Assembly: GCA_963795855.1 (NCBI GenBank) | Contig: CAWCIZ010000002.1 | Span: 32,001 to 96,000, forward strand | Direction: 5' to 3' | Length of the DNA: 64,000 nucleotides | Origin: Vulcanimicrobiota bacterium | Lineage (GTDB): Bacteria > Vulcanimicrobiota > Vulcanimicrobiia > Vulcanimicrobiales > Vulcanimicrobiaceae | Part shown: piece after piece, positions 62,456 through 64,000 of the stretch | Position numbering within the stretch: position 1 is the stretch's first letter | Layout of the letters: each line of letters opens with the position of its first letter | Position numbers and translations under genes: made by a program | Notes under the pieces: generated by a model | The model's input: the letters and a program-made list of their open reading frames with translations, nothing else | Database searches by the model: none | Told to the model about the DNA's origin: nothing

Positions 62456-62809
62456 CTAGGCTCCCTTTGCCGATAGACGCGCAGGCTCGCCGCACTTGGC
62501 GCAGACGCGATGCGTACCTTCGGCCGTTTCGCGATGACGGATGCGCGCCGGCGCTTTGCATTTTTCGCAGACGTACTGCAGAGCCGCGAGCGGAAGCGGA
62601 GCTTCCTTCTCGAGAATGCCGCCGGTTTGCGCAGCGCCGCCCATGTTCTGCTGCTGCGTACCCTGCTTGGTGTGTCGCTTGACGACGTTGAGGCCTTCCA
62701 CGGTCGCCATGCCCGCTTTCGGGAACACGGCCTTCACCACGCCGCGTTTGCCTTTTTCTTTGCCGCGGCGAATCATGACGGTATCGCCTTTTATGATGTT
62801 CATAGCCAT
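62456..62809 (-). CDS. rplX: 50S ribosomal protein L24
   Basis: KGDTV...[22 protein letters not shown]. Confidence 0.95.
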   Translation of the reverse strand: MAMNIIKGDTVMIRRGKEKGKRGVVKAVFPKAGMATVEGLNVVKRHTKQGTQQQNMGGAAQTGGILEKEAPLPLAALQYVCEKCKAPARIRHRETAEGTHRVCAKCGEPARLSAKGA

Positions 62810-63186
62810 TAGAGAACCTCGGGAGCCAGCGATGCGATCTTCAGGAAGCCGCGGTCGCGCAGTTCGCGCATGACCGGGCCGAAGACGCGCGTGCCGCGCG
62901 GATCCAAGTTGTCCTTGTCGCCTTTGATGATGACGCACGCGTTGTCGTCCGACTTCACGACCGAACCGTCCGCACGGCGAATCGGCGCGGACGTGCGCAC
63001 GATCACCGCTTTGACGACTTGACCTTTCTTGACCGCCGCACCCGGAATCGCACTTTTCACCGTGCCGACGACGATGTCGCCGACGTGCGCGTAGGGATGA
63101 CGGCTGCCGCCGCTCACGTGAATCACGAGCAGTTCGCGCGCGCCGGAGTTGTCCGCCACTTTGAGCCGTGTCTCTTGCTGGATCAT
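62809..63186 (-). CDS. rplN: 50S ribosomal protein L14
   Basis: [31 protein letters not shown]. Confidence 0.98.
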   Translation of the reverse strand: MIQQETRLKVADNSGARELLVIHVSGGSRHPYAHVGDIVVGTVKSAIPGAAVKKGQVVKAVIVRTSAPIRRADGSVVKSDDNACVIIKGDKDNLDPRGTRVFGPVMRELRDRGFLKIASLAPEVL

Positions 63187-63455
63187 TTTGCGCGCTCCAC
63201 GACCTCGACCAGGCGCCAGCGCTTGTCCTTGGACAGCGGACGGCATTCCATGATGCGAACGGTATCGCCGGCTTTGGCATCGTTTTGCTCGTCGTGCGCT
63301 TTGAACTTCACCGACTTGCGAACGATCTTGCCGTACACCGGGTGCGGCACGCGCGTCTCCGACACGACGACGATCGTCTTGTCCATCTTGTCGGAAACGA
63401 CGCGGCCTTGTTTGATGCGGCGATTGTGCCGCTTGCTCGTGTTAAGCTGCTCCAT
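63183..63455 (-). CDS. rpsQ: 30S ribosomal protein S17
   Basis: [26 protein letters not shown]. Confidence 0.97.
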   Translation of the reverse strand: MEQLNTSKRHNRRIKQGRVVSDKMDKTIVVVSETRVPHPVYGKIVRKSVKFKAHDEQNDAKAGDTVRIMECRPLSKDKRWRLVEVVERAK

Positions 63456-63663
63456 TCTTAGCCTCGGCGATCCGTTTCTCTGAAATGACGGTATGAATTT
63501 GCGCATAGGTGCGGCGCATCGCGCGCACTTTGCTGAAATCGGACAGATGGCCGGTGCGCAGCGCGAAGCGAAGGTTGAACAGTTCTTCCTTCGTCTCTTT
63601 CGCCTTCTGCTGCAACTCGGCGATCGTCAAATTGCGGAGCTCTTTGAAATCATGCGTTCTCAT
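63442..63663 (-). CDS. rpmC: 50S ribosomal protein L29
   Basis: [15 protein letters not shown]; position between rplP and rpsQ. Confidence 0.95.
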   Translation of the reverse strand: MRTHDFKELRNLTIAELQQKAKETKEELFNLRFALRTGHLSDFSKVRAMRRTYAQIHTVISEKRIAEAKNGAA

Positions 63664-63711
63664 TCTAACGGCACTCCGTTCTGGGAGCCGACGCCGCAAA
63701 AAGCACCGCAA

Positions 63712-64000
63712 TCATGAAGCGGCCTCCTCGCGGGAAACGATCTTCGTTCCGATGGGCAGTTTCGAAGCCGCAAGTGCGAGCGCGCGCTTTGCGACGTCCC
63801 GCTCGACGCCGGAGAGTTCGAACAGCACGCGGCCCGGACGCACGACGGCGACCCAGAACTCCGGATTGCCTTTACCGGCGCCCATGCGGACTTCGGCGGG
63901 CTTCTTCGTCACCGACTTGTCGGGGAATACTTTGATCCAGACCTTGCCGCCGCGCTTGATGTGACGCGTCATCGCGATACGCGCAGCTTCGATCTGACGG
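63712..64000 (-). CDS. rplP: 50S ribosomal protein L16 (5' truncated by window)
   Basis: [30 protein letters not shown]. Confidence 0.97.
   Translation of the reverse strand, partial: RQIEAARIAMTRHIKRGGKVWIKVFPDKSVTKKPAEVRMGAGKGNPEFWVAVVRPGRVLFELSGVERDVAKRALALAASKLPIGTKIVSREEAAS

Overview
A 64-kb, GC-rich bacterial chromosomal window that is mostly housekeeping. From left to right: the end of a tricorn-type protease; a minus-strand dnaE-hisZ-hisG-hisD-Cof-ftsQ run; a GAF-GGDEF gene; a CCG-anchored (type E-like) sdhAB cluster; an FkbM gene with a decayed local duplication and an AT-richer islet; metabolic genes (ALDH, DmpA-like peptidase, pckA, PPi-PFK, two PQQ-type dehydrogenases); one complete minus-strand rRNA operon (16S-23S-5S, no spacer tRNA seen); pruA; trpDCFBA; and the S10/spc/alpha ribosomal-protein cluster. 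Gene content suggests Candidatus Eremiobacterota/Vulcanimicrobiota, but this is an inference and needs 16S classification. Main unusual features: (1) The 23S gene carries two ORF-less group I introns (L1931, IB-like; L2500, IA-like) and a 166-nt hairpin insertion in domain III. (2) Both introns hold the same 55-nt double-hairpin element in their P5 extensions, in opposite orientations, so the two copies are complementary within one pre-rRNA. (3) A small basic ORF has an intrinsic terminator inside its coding sequence, the architecture of ArfA/BrfA-type ribosome-rescue factors. (4) A ~105-bp palindromic repeat family with SD-like ends sits between genes of essential operons, including a 4-copy tandem array between rpoA and rplQ. 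(5) The alpha operon is split by five inserted genes, rpsK has a new promoter and structured leader, and rpmD is absent from its usual position. Many single-base frameshifts, including in essential genes, look like assembly indel errors. All coordinates were read by eye and may be off by a few bases.
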